This document shows, piece after piece, positions 63,119 through 64,000 of a stretch of 64,000 nucleotides of DNA. Every line of letters begins with the position of its first letter. Position 1 is the first letter of the stretch. Source of the stretch: Octopus sinensis (Eukaryota); NCBI RefSeq assembly GCF_006345805.1, contig NC_042997.1, positions 32,426,001 through 32,490,000 on the forward strand, in the 5' to 3' direction. The translations under genes and the position numbers were made by a program. The notes beneath the pieces were generated by a model that saw only the letters and a list, made by a program, of their open reading frames with translations, was not told the origin of the DNA and searched no databases.

Positions 63119-63351
63119 ATGTATTCATGTATATATTGCCTAATAGACAGTCACCACTCATCTTATCATGCCCGCCTCCATTTAATGTATTCCTGAAGCT
63201 GTATTGCACTTTTTGGCAGAGAGTGCATGCTGATATTTCAGGCAAATGTTGTTGTTTTTTTTTTAAACATAACCCCCCACCCCCCTCGACACCTACATGC
63301 ATGTGTTTGTATATGCATTACTATATCTCTCTCGATCCATCTTTCTATCAA

Positions 63352-63397
<46 letters not shown>

Positions 63398-63488
63398 CAC
63401 CTTTATAAATGCATACATAGATACACATAGGGATATGTTTATATATGTGTATGTATGTATATATATATATTATGTATGTGTGTGTGTT

Positions 63489-63532
<44 letters not shown>

Positions 63533-64000
63533 TACACAATCATAAAATCCTATTTGGTATGTAATTCTGTATGAATGAGCATTTGAGTGAGTATGTATGT
63601 ATAATTTTTTTTGGTCCCATTCCCCTTTCCTTTATATTCTTAATAAATATGATTTCAGAAATTGTGATCTTGCATAATTCCAATTTTTTTTGTATTATTT
63701 TTTAAAATATTCTTATTATTCTTCTTATTATTATTATTGCTATAATTATTATTATTATTGTTGTTATTGTTATTTAGTTTAATTTTCATATCTTGAACAA
63801 ATTTTCAGAATTTAATTTTAATTTCTTCTTTTTTATAGTTAGTTGGAAGCTGTTATTTCATTGAGAGTGAGGTCTTTTCCAACTAATATTCATATTTGAA
63901 TATGTTATATTTTGTACATATAAATGTATATAAACATTTGAGCATTTGGTCAATAGCAATATCTGTAGATGTTATACACATATACACATATCTATATATA

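Noticed and set aside
63913-63932. Two Pumilio-type TGTANATA motifs
   Set aside because: Common by chance in TA/TG-rich DNA, and there is no evidence this region is in a transcript.

Overview
Eukaryotic, AT-rich, repeat-dense genomic DNA. The tRNA-SINE, RTE and (TA)n/(ATT)n landscape suggests a coleoid cephalopod (Octopus-like), which is inference. The only host protein-coding sequence I can support is the 3' part of a SOCS7-like (SOCS6/7 class) gene on the + strand. Exon 389-557 encodes the N-half of the SH2 domain. It splices across one 56,846-nt phase-1 GT-AG intron (558-57403) to a terminal exon, 57404-57720, encoding the rest of the SH2 domain, the SOCS box and the stop. The intron and downstream flank hold a Gypsy-type LTR element lacking RT/RNase H, two decayed hAT transposons (one with TIRs and an 8-bp TSD), and RTE, CR1/L2 and HERO-like LINE fragments. 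There are also at least four tRNA-derived SINE families, several MITEs and compound microsatellites. The most unusual signals are (i) two different fold-back elements (29050-29220 and 48594-48868) whose arms carry minimal type-I hammerhead-ribozyme-like cores of the kind associated with Penelope-like retroelements, (ii) a 62-bp VNTR in an RTE 3' UTR that varies in copy number between insertions, (iii) higher-order (TA)n-motif arrays directly behind RTE tails, (iv) TTAA-flanked MITEs nested in SINEs, and (v) a head-to-tail SINE pile-up after the gene. Family labels A-G are my working names. Repeat boundaries are approximate (about +/-20 nt) unless a TSD or TIR is given. Nothing was computed or database-searched.
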